From Myxococcota bacterium (GTDB lineage: Bacteria; Myxococcota_A; UBA9042; PHBI01; JAWLBL01), in NCBI GenBank assembly GCA_041687695.1, contig JAWLBL010000023.1, positions 91,840 to 155,839 on the forward strand: a DNA stretch of 64,000 nucleotides, read 5' to 3'. Of the stretch, positions 36,875 to 46,415 are shown in pieces. Every line of letters starts with the position of its first letter. Position 1 is the first letter of the stretch. Under the pieces are notes generated by a model. It ran no database searches. It saw only the letters and a list, made by a program, of their open reading frames with translations, and had not been told where the DNA came from. The position numbers and the translations under genes are program-made.

Positions 36875-39346
36875 ATGACCCTCTTGAAGGTCATGTTCAT
36901 CGTTACCTTGGCGCTGCCGGCTTGCGACAGCCCCGGCATGGGCTCGCCTGGGCCCGGGCAACCGGGGCCGGGCGGCGACGCCGCCGACGTGCTGGCGAGC
37001 AAGGCGGACGGCCACGTCGATGCCGCCGTCGAGGACCTGGGCGACGGCGGCGGCCCGGCCTCGAATGACGCGGGGCACGAGCTGCCTCCGGAGGCCGACG
37101 CTGGGACCGACGTGGCGGCGGCCGACGACGACGTGGGGCTCGTCGATGTGTCGGAGCTGGACGCGCTGGTCGCGGACGACGCCGCCGACGGCGCGCCCCT
37201 TGGCGACGACGCGCAGGAGGTCGACGGCCAATCGGACGCGGTGGAGTCGCCCGAGGACGCGCTGGCCGAGGGTGACGTCGCGGTGGGACCGGCTGACGTC
37301 GTGGAGTCGCCCGAGGACGCGATGGGCGAGGGCGACGGCGGCGCGCCCGACACGGACGCGGCAGGGGGAGGGGATGCGGACGTCAGCTGGGAGGACGTCG
37401 CCGAACCCGACGTGCTGGGGCCGGCCTGCGGCGACGGCCAGTGCGCGGCCGGCGAGTCCTGCGACGGCTGCCCCGAGGACTGCGGCGCCTGTCCCGACGA
37501 CGCCTGCTGCACGGCGAGCGCCGCCCCCGGGTGTGTCGTCGGGGACATCGAAGCGTGCGTCTGCGCGAAGGACTCCTACTGCTGCACCACCGCCTGGGAC
37601 TCGTATTGCGTCGACGAGGTCGACGAGTTCGGCTGCGGGACGTGCGGTGCGGCCTGCGGTGACGACGTGTGTGACGACGGGGAAGACTGCCTGACCTGCA
37701 GCGGCGACTGCGGCGCCTGTCCGCCCGACCCCTGCGGGGACGGCCTCTGCGGCACCGACGAGGACTGCGTGACCTGCAGCGCCGACTGTGGGGTCTGCCC
37801 GCCCAAGTCCTGCGGCGACGGCTACTGCGGCGCCGGCGAGTCGTGCGCCACCTGCCCGGGCGACTGCGGGGCCTGCGGCCAGGGCGACTGCTGCGCGGCG
37901 CAGGGGACGCCGGGCTGCGGCGACCCGGTGGTCCAGGGTTGCGTGTGCGCGGTGGACGAAGCCTGCTGCACCGGCCCGTGGAGCGAGTGGTGCGCCTTCC
38001 AGGCCGAAGTGTTGGGATGCGCGGAGTGTCAGCGGCCCGAGTGTACCGGCTCGGCGTGCGAGCTGGCCGACCCGCCGCTGTCCGTGGCCTCGCTCCACAT
38101 CCAGGAGGACACCACCTGGAGCGGTCACGTCGAGGTCGGAGGCTGGGGCGTCCAGGTCGTCGCCGGAGCGACCCTGACGCTGAGCCCCGGGACCCGGGTC
38201 CGCTTCCACCCCGCGGCCGGCCTGTCGTCGTTCGGCAGCGTCCTCGTCGCCGGCGAGCCGGGGAACCCGGTCGTCCTCGAGGCCGCCGACCCTGCGACCC
38301 CCTGGCCCGGCGTGCGGACCAACGGCGACGGGGACATCGTCATGGCTCACACCCTGGTCCGGGACGCCACCATCGGGCTGCTGTCGCGCGACTTCGCCGT
38401 CAGCCACTCCAGGTTCGTCCGCTGCGGCGTGGGCATCGAGACCGGCGGGGACACGTCCACGTCGCAGAGCATCAGCGAGGTCGAGGTGGCCCATGGCGGG
38501 ACGGGCATCGTCATCGAAGACCAGCCCATCGTCTCGCTCCACCGCGTCTTCGTTCATCACAACACCGGCGCCGGCGTCGTCAGCTCCGACGCGACGACCC
38601 TCTCCGACTCCATCATCGCAGCCAACGACGGCCCCGGGATCCTCCTGACCGGCTACGGCGGCGGAAAGCTCACCGGGAACACGCTGGCCTACAACGGCCG
38701 CGAGGCCGTCCGCGTGGTCTCTCAGACCCCGGGGGTCGGCACCCAGACCGTCCCCAAGGTGAACGGCAACAACATCGTGGGCAACTCGGCGCTGTTCACG
38801 ACCGTGCGCTGGGCCCCCAAGCCGGTCATCGACGTCGACCTCCCCGAGGACAGCCCGGTGGGGGTGAAGACGCCCACGGTGAACCTGCCCGAGGGCGGCT
38901 CCCGCGTGGAGTACATGCGCGTCTTCCAGATTGAGAAGCCGTCGGCGCTCTACACCGACGCCTATGTGCACGACGCGGCGCAGTCGGGGGACTCCATCTG
39001 GTGGAAGTCGCCCAGCGCCGGCTGGTACCGCGACGTGCGGTCGCTCGACGCGTCCAGCTTCTACTTCTCGACGAACCTGCAGCAGGGCTCGGGCTACGAG
39101 CTGTCGTTCAGCGTCCCCGTCGTCGCCTACCGCGCAGCCCTGGGCGGCGCCACCCCGCCGGTGCAGGTCACGTGCCTGAAGAACGGCGCCACCACCAACC
39201 TGAACGACAACTACTGGGGCAAGCCCCCGGAGCCCGGAGACATCGTAGGCGAGCCCAACACGGCCTCCTTCGCCCTGGACTACTTCCGCACCACCTTCAG
39301 CGACACCCCCCACCCCCTGACACCCACGGTCCCCCAGCTGCCGTGA
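36875..39346 (+). CDS. Large lipoprotein: acidic linker, Cys-rich repeats, parallel beta-helix domain
   Basis: Lipobox LPAC; 4x CGDx.C...E.C..C..DC; 2x CC...CVC...CC...W repeats; GATLTLSPGT and N.G.GI beta-helix repeats. Confidence 0.8.
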   Translation: MTLLKVMFIVTLALPACDSPGMGSPGPGQPGPGGDAADVLASKADGHVDAAVEDLGDGGGPASNDAGHELPPEADAGTDVAAADDDVGLVDVSELDALVADDAADGAPLGDDAQEVDGQSDAVESPEDALAEGDVAVGPADVVESPEDAMGEGDGGAPDTDAAGGGDADVSWEDVAEPDVLGPACGDGQCAAGESCDGCPEDCGACPDDACCTASAAPGCVVGDIEACVCAKDSYCCTTAWDSYCVDEVDEFGCGTCGAACGDDVCDDGEDCLTCSGDCGACPPDPCGDGLCGTDEDCVTCSADCGVCPPKSCGDGYCGAGESCATCPGDCGACGQGDCCAAQGTPGCGDPVVQGCVCAVDEACCTGPWSEWCAFQAEVLGCAECQRPECTGSACELADPPLSVASLHIQEDTTWSGHVEVGGWGVQVVAGATLTLSPGTRVRFHPAAGLSSFGSVLVAGEPGNPVVLEAADPATPWPGVRTNGDGDIVMAHTLVRDATIGLLSRDFAVSHSRFVRCGVGIETGGDTSTSQSISEVEVAHGGTGIVIEDQPIVSLHRVFVHHNTGAGVVSSDATTLSDSIIAANDGPGILLTGYGGGKLTGNTLAYNGREAVRVVSQTPGVGTQTVPKVNGNNIVGNSALFTTVRWAPKPVIDVDLPEDSPVGVKTPTVNLPEGGSRVEYMRVFQIEKPSALYTDAYVHDAAQSGDSIWWKSPSAGWYRDVRSLDASSFYFSTNLQQGSGYELSFSVPVVAYRAALGGATPPVQVTCLKNGATTNLNDNYWGKPPEPGDIVGEPNTASFALDYFRTTFSDTPHPLTPTVPQLP

Positions 39347-39397
39347 GCGGCACGCCAGAGCCGGGCTCCCCGCGGCTCCGCGCCCCCGAGAGCACCG

Positions 39398-39748
39398 CTA
39401 CTTCCGCAGGATCTTCTCCATCGGCTTTCCCTTGGCCAGCTCGTCGACCAGCTTGTCCAGGTAGCGGATCTCCTGCATCGTCGGCTCTTCGATGGCTTCC
39501 ACCCGGACGCCGCAGACGACGCCCTTGATGAGCCGCCGCGCTGGGTTGAGGCCGGGGGCGTCGGCGAAGAAGGTCTCGAAGTCGGTGCGCGCTTCCAGCT
39601 GCCTCTCGAAGCCGCGCTGGTCATAGCCCGTCAGCCACCGGATGATCTCGTCGACCTCTTCCTTGGTGCGGCCCTTCTTCTCGGCCTTCGCGACGTAGTG
39701 CGGATAGACCGAGGCGAAGCTCGTCGTGTAGATGCGGTGCTTGGTCAT
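39398..39748 (-). CDS. DUF2200-family protein
   Basis: [33 protein letters not shown]...[15 protein letters not shown]. Confidence 0.9.
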   Translation of the reverse strand: MTKHRIYTTSFASVYPHYVAKAEKKGRTKEEVDEIIRWLTGYDQRGFERQLEARTDFETFFADAPGLNPARRLIKGVVCGVRVEAIEEPTMQEIRYLDKLVDELAKGKPMEKILRK

Positions 39749-39884
39749 GGTGCCTCCTGCCGCCCGCCGGCGCTCGAGTCAGCCTGTCGCTCGTGCTTGC
39801 CCTGCAGTCGGTCAGGCCGCCGCCCGACCCGCAGGGCCGACGAGATTATGCAGCCGACCGGGCGGCCCGTCACCGATCCCGTTC

Positions 39885-40115
39885 GGCGACCTCGCCACAC
39901 ACCCAGGCGACCTCGCCACACACCCAGGCGACCTCGCCACACACCCAGGCGACCTCGCCACACACCCAGGCGACCTCGCCACACACCCAGGCGACCTCGC
40001 CACACCGGTGTGGCGGCCCTCGCCCCCCTGTGTGGCGGCCCTCGCCCCCCTGTGTGGCGGCCCTCGCCCCCCTGTGTGGCGGCCCTCGCCCCCCTGTGTG
40101 GCGGCCCTCGCCCCC
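39885..40115. repeat. Two abutting tandem arrays (21-bp x5+ and 22-bp x4+) joined at a palindrome
   Basis: ggcgacctcgccacacaccca starts at 39885 and gtgtggcggccctcgcccccct starts at 40008. The junction is the 18-bp palindrome cgccacaccggtgtggcg. Confidence 0.95.
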
Positions 40116-40522
40116 GCGATGGGTTCGCTGCTCCCTTCCAGAACCCGCCACTCCTACCGACGGCTGTCGAAGCTCGACCGTCGTGGCTGACAAGGCCTGG
40201 CCCTGGACGTCCGAGCCGGTCGGCTGACGTCTCCTGAGGTGAGGGGCGCCCGGATCGTCTGGGACAGGGGGCTCCCGCGCGGCCGCAAGTTGAATGCCTT
40301 GCGTGCCAGCTTCTGGACCCGCGAGACCGCCGTGGCGGACAAGCACCCCCTCCTAGCCTTCGGCGTCGAGGTCGGGTGCTACGACGCCGAAGGCGAGCGC
40401 GTGCGCATCGAAGCCTGAGGGCGCGCGGCGGGAAAACGCGCGGAGCCCGCGGAAGCAGCTCGAGCTGCTGCGCGGCTTCCATGACGGCTCCGGGGTCAGG
40501 CCTCGCCACTTCCGACGAGGAC

Positions 40523-41851
40523 TCAGCGGCTCATCCCGGCCTCCTCGGCGCGGGCGGCGGCGGCGGCGGGCTCGGGGGCGTCGGCGCGGGCGGGGGCCGG
40601 AGCGCCCGTGTAGGTGACCTGGCCGGTGAGGACGGGGATGGCGACCTTGATGGCGACGGTGAGGACCATGAGGCCGAGGGCCCAGATGCCGACGGTGATC
40701 TTCCACTCGGCGAGGCTCGGGGCGTACTCGACGAGCTCGTGCATCGTGCTGGGGACGAAGGCCGGGGTGATGAGGCCCATGCCCTTCTCTATCCAGACGC
40801 CGACGAAGGTCATGACGCAGGCGGCGCCGAGGACGAGCGGATGGGTCAGCGCGCGCCGCCCGAGAAAGAGGATGGCGGCCGTGACGTTCAGCGCGATGGC
40901 GGTCCAGATCCACGGGACGAGGGCGTCGTGCCCGTGGAGGCCGAAGAAGAGGTAGGTCGCCGAGGCGCTGTGGGTGCCGCCCGTGTAGAAGGCGGTGAAG
41001 ACCTCGGACAGGAGGAGGAAGACGTTCAAGATGGCGGTGACGCGGACGATCTTGACGAGGGTGTGGATGGGGCCGTCCTCGACCTTGAAGGGGGTGAAGC
41101 GGCGGATGGCGTAGAGCATGAGGATGAGGAAGGCCGGGCCCGAGACGAAGGCCGAGGCGAGGAAGCGCGGGGCGAGGAGGGCGGTGTTCCAGAAGGGGCG
41201 GCCGCCGAGGCCCGAGTAGAGGAAGGCGGTCACGGTGTGGATGGAGATGGCCCAGACGATGGAGAGGATGACGAAGGGCTTGTACCAGCGCGGGTCGGGG
41301 GGCTTGCCGAGGAAGCGGGTGTAGAGGAGGTAGCCGAGGATGTGGAGGTTCAAGAAGAGGTAGCCGTTGAGGACGATGACGTCCCAGGTGAGCATCGAGA
41401 CCGGCCAGTTGAAGCGGCCGATGCCCGGCAGCATGTGCCAGAAGCGGTCGGGGCGGCCGAGGTCGACGACGACGAAGGCGAGGGCCATGACGATGGCGGC
41501 GACCGCGACGAGCTCGCCGAAGATGACGACGTCGTGCATCTTCTTGTCGCGGTAGAGGTAGGCCGGGATGACCATCAGCACGCCGCCGGCCGCGACGCCG
41601 ACCATGAAGGTGAAGTTGGCGATGTAGAGCCCCCACGAGACGTGGTCGCTCATGCCCGTGACGTGCATGCCGCCGGCGACCTGGTGGGCCCAGGCGTTGG
41701 CGCCGACCAGGGTGAGGGCGGTGAGCAGGGTCATCCAGGCGTAGAAGGGCAGCTTGCCGTCGGTCGCGAGCGACGCGAGGCGCCAGAGGAAGGCCGGATA
41801 GCTGACGCGGTGCGGGGTCGCGTGGACGGGGGTCGGCTTCGTCGGGTTCAT
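40523..41851 (-). CDS. NrfD/PsrC/DsrP-family membrane quinol dehydrogenase subunit
   Basis: SWGLYIANFTFMVGVAAG, VDLGRPDRFWH, HTVTAFL, multi-TM. Confidence 0.92.
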   Translation of the reverse strand: MNPTKPTPVHATPHRVSYPAFLWRLASLATDGKLPFYAWMTLLTALTLVGANAWAHQVAGGMHVTGMSDHVSWGLYIANFTFMVGVAAGGVLMVIPAYLYRDKKMHDVVIFGELVAVAAIVMALAFVVVDLGRPDRFWHMLPGIGRFNWPVSMLTWDVIVLNGYLFLNLHILGYLLYTRFLGKPPDPRWYKPFVILSIVWAISIHTVTAFLYSGLGGRPFWNTALLAPRFLASAFVSGPAFLILMLYAIRRFTPFKVEDGPIHTLVKIVRVTAILNVFLLLSEVFTAFYTGGTHSASATYLFFGLHGHDALVPWIWTAIALNVTAAILFLGRRALTHPLVLGAACVMTFVGVWIEKGMGLITPAFVPSTMHELVEYAPSLAEWKITVGIWALGLMVLTVAIKVAIPVLTGQVTYTGAPAPARADAPEPAAAAARAEEAGMSR

Positions 41852-41858
41852 CGCCGCC

Positions 41859-42821
41859 TCATTTGTCGAAGAAGTAGAAGAAGCGTGGGCGCGTCCCGAG
41901 CTCCTCTTTGAGGACGAAGACGCGCTTGTTGGCGAGGACCCAGCGGATCTCGGAGCTGGGGTCGAGGAGGTTGCCGAAGACCCGGGCGCCGGTGGGGCAC
42001 GCCTCGAGACAGGCCGGCAGCCGCCCCTGCCGCGTCCGGTGCAGGCAGAAGGTGCACTTCTCCATGACCCCCTGCGGGCGGATGCGGTTGGAGAGGTAGC
42101 CCTGGTTCGGGTTGACCTCGGCCGCCGGGATCTCGGGCCGCTTCCAGTTGAAGCGGCGCGCGTGGTAGGGGCAGGCCGCCTCGCAGTAGCGGCACCCGAT
42201 GCACCAGTCGTAGTCGACCACGACGACGCCGTCCTGCTCCTTCCAGGTCGCCTCGACCGGGCACACCGACACGCACGGCGGGTTGTCACACTGCTGGCAT
42301 TGCACCGGCAGATAGAACTTGTCGGGCTGCGGCACCGGGTGGTCGTAGGTGGCGTCGCCGCGCTCGAAGTCGAGCGAGCCCTTGTCCATCTCGAAGACGC
42401 GGATGTAGCTGTTGTTCGTCGCCCGGTCGTGGTTGTTCTCGAGGTGGCAGGCCTCGACGCATTTCCGGCAGCCGATGCAGACGCTGAGGTTGAGGGCGTA
42501 GCCGAACTGCACCCCGTCCTGGGCCTTGGTGTCGGTGACCGTCACGTCCGCGCCGTAGTCGCGCTTGGTCTCGGCCTCGACGCGGGCGATGACCGCCGCC
42601 ATGTCCTCTGGGGTCAGCTCCTTGTAGTGGCGCTGCAGGAACTCATCCATCGACAGCGACTCGGCCCACTCGGTGAGCGGCGCGAGCGCCCGCCCGAAGG
42701 CCGCCACCCCCAGCATCCCCGCGCCCACCTTGGCGACCGTGCGTCGCGACACGCGCCGGTCCCAGATGCTCCCGTCATGCCCGTCGCCGCCCGCCGCGGG
42801 GCGGCCCTGCTCGTCAGTCAT
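41859..42821 (-). CDS. NrfC/DsrO-like 4x[4Fe-4S] ferredoxin subunit
   Basis: Tat-like SRRTV; CIGCRKC, CQQCDNPPCVSVCP, CIGCRYCEAACP, EKCTFC...CLEACP. Confidence 0.92.
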   Translation of the reverse strand: MTDEQGRPAAGGDGHDGSIWDRRVSRRTVAKVGAGMLGVAAFGRALAPLTEWAESLSMDEFLQRHYKELTPEDMAAVIARVEAETKRDYGADVTVTDTKAQDGVQFGYALNLSVCIGCRKCVEACHLENNHDRATNNSYIRVFEMDKGSLDFERGDATYDHPVPQPDKFYLPVQCQQCDNPPCVSVCPVEATWKEQDGVVVVDYDWCIGCRYCEAACPYHARRFNWKRPEIPAAEVNPNQGYLSNRIRPQGVMEKCTFCLHRTRQGRLPACLEACPTGARVFGNLLDPSSEIRWVLANKRVFVLKEELGTRPRFFYFFDK

Positions 42822-43569
42822 GGTGTTCCTCCGTCCTGGGGCCCTGGAATCGGTCGCGCGGCCCCGGCGCGGGGTTCATGCCCACGAAGGCCGGCGCGTG
42901 CGGGTCGTGGCAGGCCGTGCACGTCTGGCGCTCGCGCGGCCCGCGGGTCAGATCCCAATGACCGCGCATCCCGCCGTGCGCGCCGTGCTCCCAGTCGCGC
43001 CGCTGGCTCCCGTGGCACTGGCCGCACAGCGTCATGACGTCGGCGGGCTGCACGTCGCGCCCGTCGGCGAGGCGCAGCGCCGCATAGTCGGGCGCCCCAT
43101 GGCACGAGCCGCAGGTGAGCTCGCCATGACGCAGGCGAAGGCCCGTGTGGAACTCCGAGACGCCGGCGACCCGCTGCGCGGGGCTCGGCGGCGCGAGCAG
43201 AGTGTGGCACGTCGCACAGGGCACCCGTGCCCAATCCCCCGACGGTCCGCGCGCCGCGACCTCGAGGCCCAGGCGCCCGGACTGCCCCGCGTGGCGCACC
43301 ACGACCTCGTGCTGGGCGGCCCCCGCCGCGGCCGGGGACCACGTGTTCGCGGCCACCAGCGCCGGCGGCTCGTGGGGGCCGCACGCCGCGATGGCCACCG
43401 CGAGAGTCAACCCCAGCGCCCACGCGGCTCCGGCGCTCGCCGCGGCCGGTGCGGAGCCCCGGCGAGCCCAGCGGCCGCCCCGATCCGCCCGCCGGACCGG
43501 GCCGGCGCCGCGCGACCGATGGGCCAGCGGGTCCGGTTCCGAAGTCCTCGATTCACCTGGGTCCTTCAT
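42814..43569 (-). CDS. Tetraheme c-type cytochrome (putative lipoprotein)
   Basis: CATCH, CGSCH, CGQCH, CTACH; lipobox-like IAAC; GGAGG RBS. Confidence 0.85.
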   Translation of the reverse strand: MKDPGESRTSEPDPLAHRSRGAGPVRRADRGGRWARRGSAPAAASAGAAWALGLTLAVAIAACGPHEPPALVAANTWSPAAAGAAQHEVVVRHAGQSGRLGLEVAARGPSGDWARVPCATCHTLLAPPSPAQRVAGVSEFHTGLRLRHGELTCGSCHGAPDYAALRLADGRDVQPADVMTLCGQCHGSQRRDWEHGAHGGMRGHWDLTRGPRERQTCTACHDPHAPAFVGMNPAPGPRDRFQGPRTEEHHD

Positions 43570-43591
43570 CCGTCGGCCCTCCGTTCGGCTC

Positions 43592-43619
43592 GGGCACGCA
43601 AGTTGCACACGGCATGCCA
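43592..43619. promoter_or_regulatory. Two overlapping, oppositely oriented sigma54-like promoters
   Basis: Plus strand GGGCAC-GCAAG-TTGCA (43592-43607); minus strand TGGCAT-GCCGT-GTGCA (43619-43604); the TGCA is shared. Confidence 0.55.
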
Positions 43620-43671
43620 TGCCGGCCGGGCCCCACGGCCCCACGCCGCGCCACTTTCGCCGGAGGACCCC

Positions 43672-43977
43672 ATGGCCATCAGCGGACTGATCATCACCTG
43701 GCCGGACGACGCCACGCGCGCCGCCGCCGCGCGCCTCGCCGTCGCCGGCGACCCGCGCTTCGAGCTCGGCCCGGCCGAGGGGCACCGCCAGGTCGCCGTC
43801 CTCGACACGCCCGACCCGCGGGGCGACCGCGAGGCCATCGCCTGGCTGCTCGGCACCGCCGGCGTCGTCCACGCCGACGTCGTCTGCGTCCACCTCGATG
43901 ACGCCCCGCCCCCCACCGCCCGCGCCGCCGAGCCCGGCCCGGCCTGCCTCGCCACATCGGGAGGGACCCCCTCATGA
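43672..43977 (+). CDS. napD: NapD-like chaperone
   Basis: MAISGLII N-terminus, GVVHADVV; about 100 aa, overlapping the napA start. Confidence 0.7.
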   Translation: MAISGLIITWPDDATRAAAARLAVAGDPRFELGPAEGHRQVAVLDTPDPRGDREAIAWLLGTAGVVHADVVCVHLDDAPPPTARAAEPGPACLATSGGTPS

Positions 43978-46415
43978 GCATGGACCGCCGCAGCTTCATC
44001 CGTCGGAGCGCCATGGCCGCCGCGGCCGCCGCGCTCGCTCCCGGCCTCGACCTCGGGGCCGCCTCGGCCGCCAGCGGCGCCGCGGGGCCCGCGCCCGGCG
44101 CCACCGGCGTCAAGTGGGACAAGGCCCCCTGCCGCTTCTGCGGCACCGGCTGCCACGTGCAGGTCGGCGTCGAGGGCGGCCGCGTGGTCGCCATTGCCGG
44201 CGACCGCCAGGCCGAGGTCAACCGCGGGCTGCTCTGCGTCAAGGGCTACCACGTCGGCCTCGCCCTGTACGGCGAGGACCGCCTGACCCGCCCCATGCTG
44301 AGGAAGAACGGGCGCCTCGAGCCCATCTCCTGGGACGAGGCCCTCGACACCATCGCCGGGCGCATCATGGCGGCCCCCGAGCGCTTCGCCTTCTACGGCA
44401 GCGGCCAGTGGACCATCCCCGAGGGCTACGCCGCCAACAAGTTCATGAAGGGCGGCCTCGGCAACAACCACATCGACCCCAACGCGCGCCTGTGCATGGC
44501 CTCGGCCGTCACCGGCTTCCTCGCGACCTACGGCGTCGACGAGCCCGCGGGCTGCTACGACGACCTCGACGCGGCCGACGTCGTCATCCTCTGGGGCAAC
44601 AACCCCGCCGAGATGCACCCCGTCCTCTTCTCGCGCCTCATCGACCGCCGGGCGCGCGGCGAGTCCGTCCGCATCATCGACATCGGGACGCGCCGGACGC
44701 GCTCGACCGAGCACGCCCAGCACTACCTCGAGTTCAGGCCCCAGACCGATCTGGCCATCGCCAACGGCATCGCCCACCTCCTCGTCCAGCGCGGCACCTA
44801 CGACGCCGACTTCGTCGCCAAGCACCTGGCCTTCCGCGCCGACTCCGAGCCGGCCACGAACGCTGGAAAGGCCATCACCTTCGAGGAGTTCAAGGCGTCG
44901 CTCGCGCCCTACACCCCCGAGCACGTCGAGGCCGTCTCAGGCGTCAAGGCCGCCGACATCCGCATGCTCGCCGACCTCTTCGGCGACCGCTCGCTGCGCA
45001 TCACGAGCCTGTGGTGCATGGGGATGAACCAGCACACCCGCGGGACCGCCATCAACACCCTCGTCCACGGCGTGCACCTCCTCAGCGGCCACTTCGGCCG
45101 CCCGGGCGACGCCCCGACGAGCCTCACCGGGCAGCCCTCGGCGTGCGGTACCGTGCGCGAGGTGGGCACGCTGGCCCACGCCCTGCCCGGCGGCCTCGTG
45201 GTCACCGACCAGGCCGGCCGCGACAAGGCCGAGAAGCTCTGGAACCTCCCGCCCGGCCGCATCCAGCCCAAGCCCGGCCACCACACCGTCGAGATGTGGA
45301 AGCGCTTCTGCACCCCGACCGCCGACGGCGGCGACATCGCCACCCTCTGGGTCCAGGTCACCAACCCGGGGCAGACCCTGCCGAACCTCCACGCGCTCTT
45401 CCGCGGCAAAGAGGGCCTCGCCGACAAGTTCCTCATCGTCTCGGACGTCTACCCGACGGCGACCACGGCGCTGGCCGACCTCGTCCTGCCCTCGGCCATG
45501 TGGGTCGAGAAGAACGGCATGTACGGCAACTCCGAGCGCCGGACCCAGCAGTGGTTCAAGATGGTCGACCCCCCCGGCGAGGCGCGCGACGACTGCTGGC
45601 AGACCATCGCCGTCGCGCGGCGCCTGCACGACCTCGGCCACCCCGGGATGAAGGACAAGGACGGCAAGTTCATCTTCTCCATCCCCGACGCCACGGGCGC
45701 CGAGGTCCCGGTCTGGCAGTGGGAGCGCTACTACGACGTCAACGTCGACCGGCACCTCTTCGAGGAGTACCGGCCGTTCACGCGCTTCAAGCACAAGGAT
45801 CTCGCGCCCTACGACGAGTACGTGGCGGCGCGCGGCCTCCGCTGGCCGGTCGTCCAGCAGCCCGACGGCCGCTGGCGCGAGACCAAGTTCCGGTTCTCCG
45901 AGTTCGACGACGGCTACGTCGCGCGCGGCAAGGGCATCGACTTCTACCACTCCCCCACCAAGGACGGACGCGCCCAGGTGTGGGCCCGACCCTACGAGCC
46001 GCCGCCCGAATCCCCCGACGCCGACTACCCGTTCTGGCTGTGCACGGGGCGCGTCGTCGAGCACTGGCACTCGGGGACCATGACGATGCGCATCCCGCAG
46101 CTGCGGCGCGCGATGCCGTCGGCCTACGTCGAGATGCACCCCGAAGACGCCCGCGCCCTCGGCATCGGCAACGGCGACGAGGTGAGCGTGTCGACCCGGC
46201 GCGGCGAGCTCTCCCTCCCTGCGTGGATCGGCGGTCGCGGCGCGCCGCCGCGCGGCAGCCTCTTCATCCCGTTCTTCGACGAGACGCGCCTCGTCAACCT
46301 CCTCACCCTCGACGCCCACGACCCCTTCTCCAAGCAGCCCGACTACAAGAAGTGCGCCGCCCGCGTCGCCCCTCGGCCGCGTAGGGCGGCGACCGCGCCC
46401 GGGAGGTCCGAATGA
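43974..46415 (+). CDS. napA: Periplasmic nitrate reductase catalytic subunit
   Basis: Tat RRSFI; KWDKAPCRFCGTGC; SGQWT; DPNARLCMASA; SLTGQPSACGTVREVG; SKQPDYKKCA. Confidence 0.96.
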   Translation: MSMDRRSFIRRSAMAAAAAALAPGLDLGAASAASGAAGPAPGATGVKWDKAPCRFCGTGCHVQVGVEGGRVVAIAGDRQAEVNRGLLCVKGYHVGLALYGEDRLTRPMLRKNGRLEPISWDEALDTIAGRIMAAPERFAFYGSGQWTIPEGYAANKFMKGGLGNNHIDPNARLCMASAVTGFLATYGVDEPAGCYDDLDAADVVILWGNNPAEMHPVLFSRLIDRRARGESVRIIDIGTRRTRSTEHAQHYLEFRPQTDLAIANGIAHLLVQRGTYDADFVAKHLAFRADSEPATNAGKAITFEEFKASLAPYTPEHVEAVSGVKAADIRMLADLFGDRSLRITSLWCMGMNQHTRGTAINTLVHGVHLLSGHFGRPGDAPTSLTGQPSACGTVREVGTLAHALPGGLVVTDQAGRDKAEKLWNLPPGRIQPKPGHHTVEMWKRFCTPTADGGDIATLWVQVTNPGQTLPNLHALFRGKEGLADKFLIVSDVYPTATTALADLVLPSAMWVEKNGMYGNSERRTQQWFKMVDPPGEARDDCWQTIAVARRLHDLGHPGMKDKDGKFIFSIPDATGAEVPVWQWERYYDVNVDRHLFEEYRPFTRFKHKDLAPYDEYVAARGLRWPVVQQPDGRWRETKFRFSEFDDGYVARGKGIDFYHSPTKDGRAQVWARPYEPPPESPDADYPFWLCTGRVVEHWHSGTMTMRIPQLRRAMPSAYVEMHPEDARALGIGNGDEVSVSTRRGELSLPAWIGGRGAPPRGSLFIPFFDETRLVNLLTLDAHDPFSKQPDYKKCAARVAPRPRRAATAPGRSE

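Noticed and set aside
39885..40115. CRISPR array
   Set aside because: The units abut with no unique spacers, and there are no cas genes in the window.
40523..43569. Dissimilatory sulfite reduction (dsr) or nrfA-type ammonification locus
   Set aside because: No dsrAB, dsrMK or nrfA (CxxCK) gene is in the window; only the generic electron-transfer module is present.
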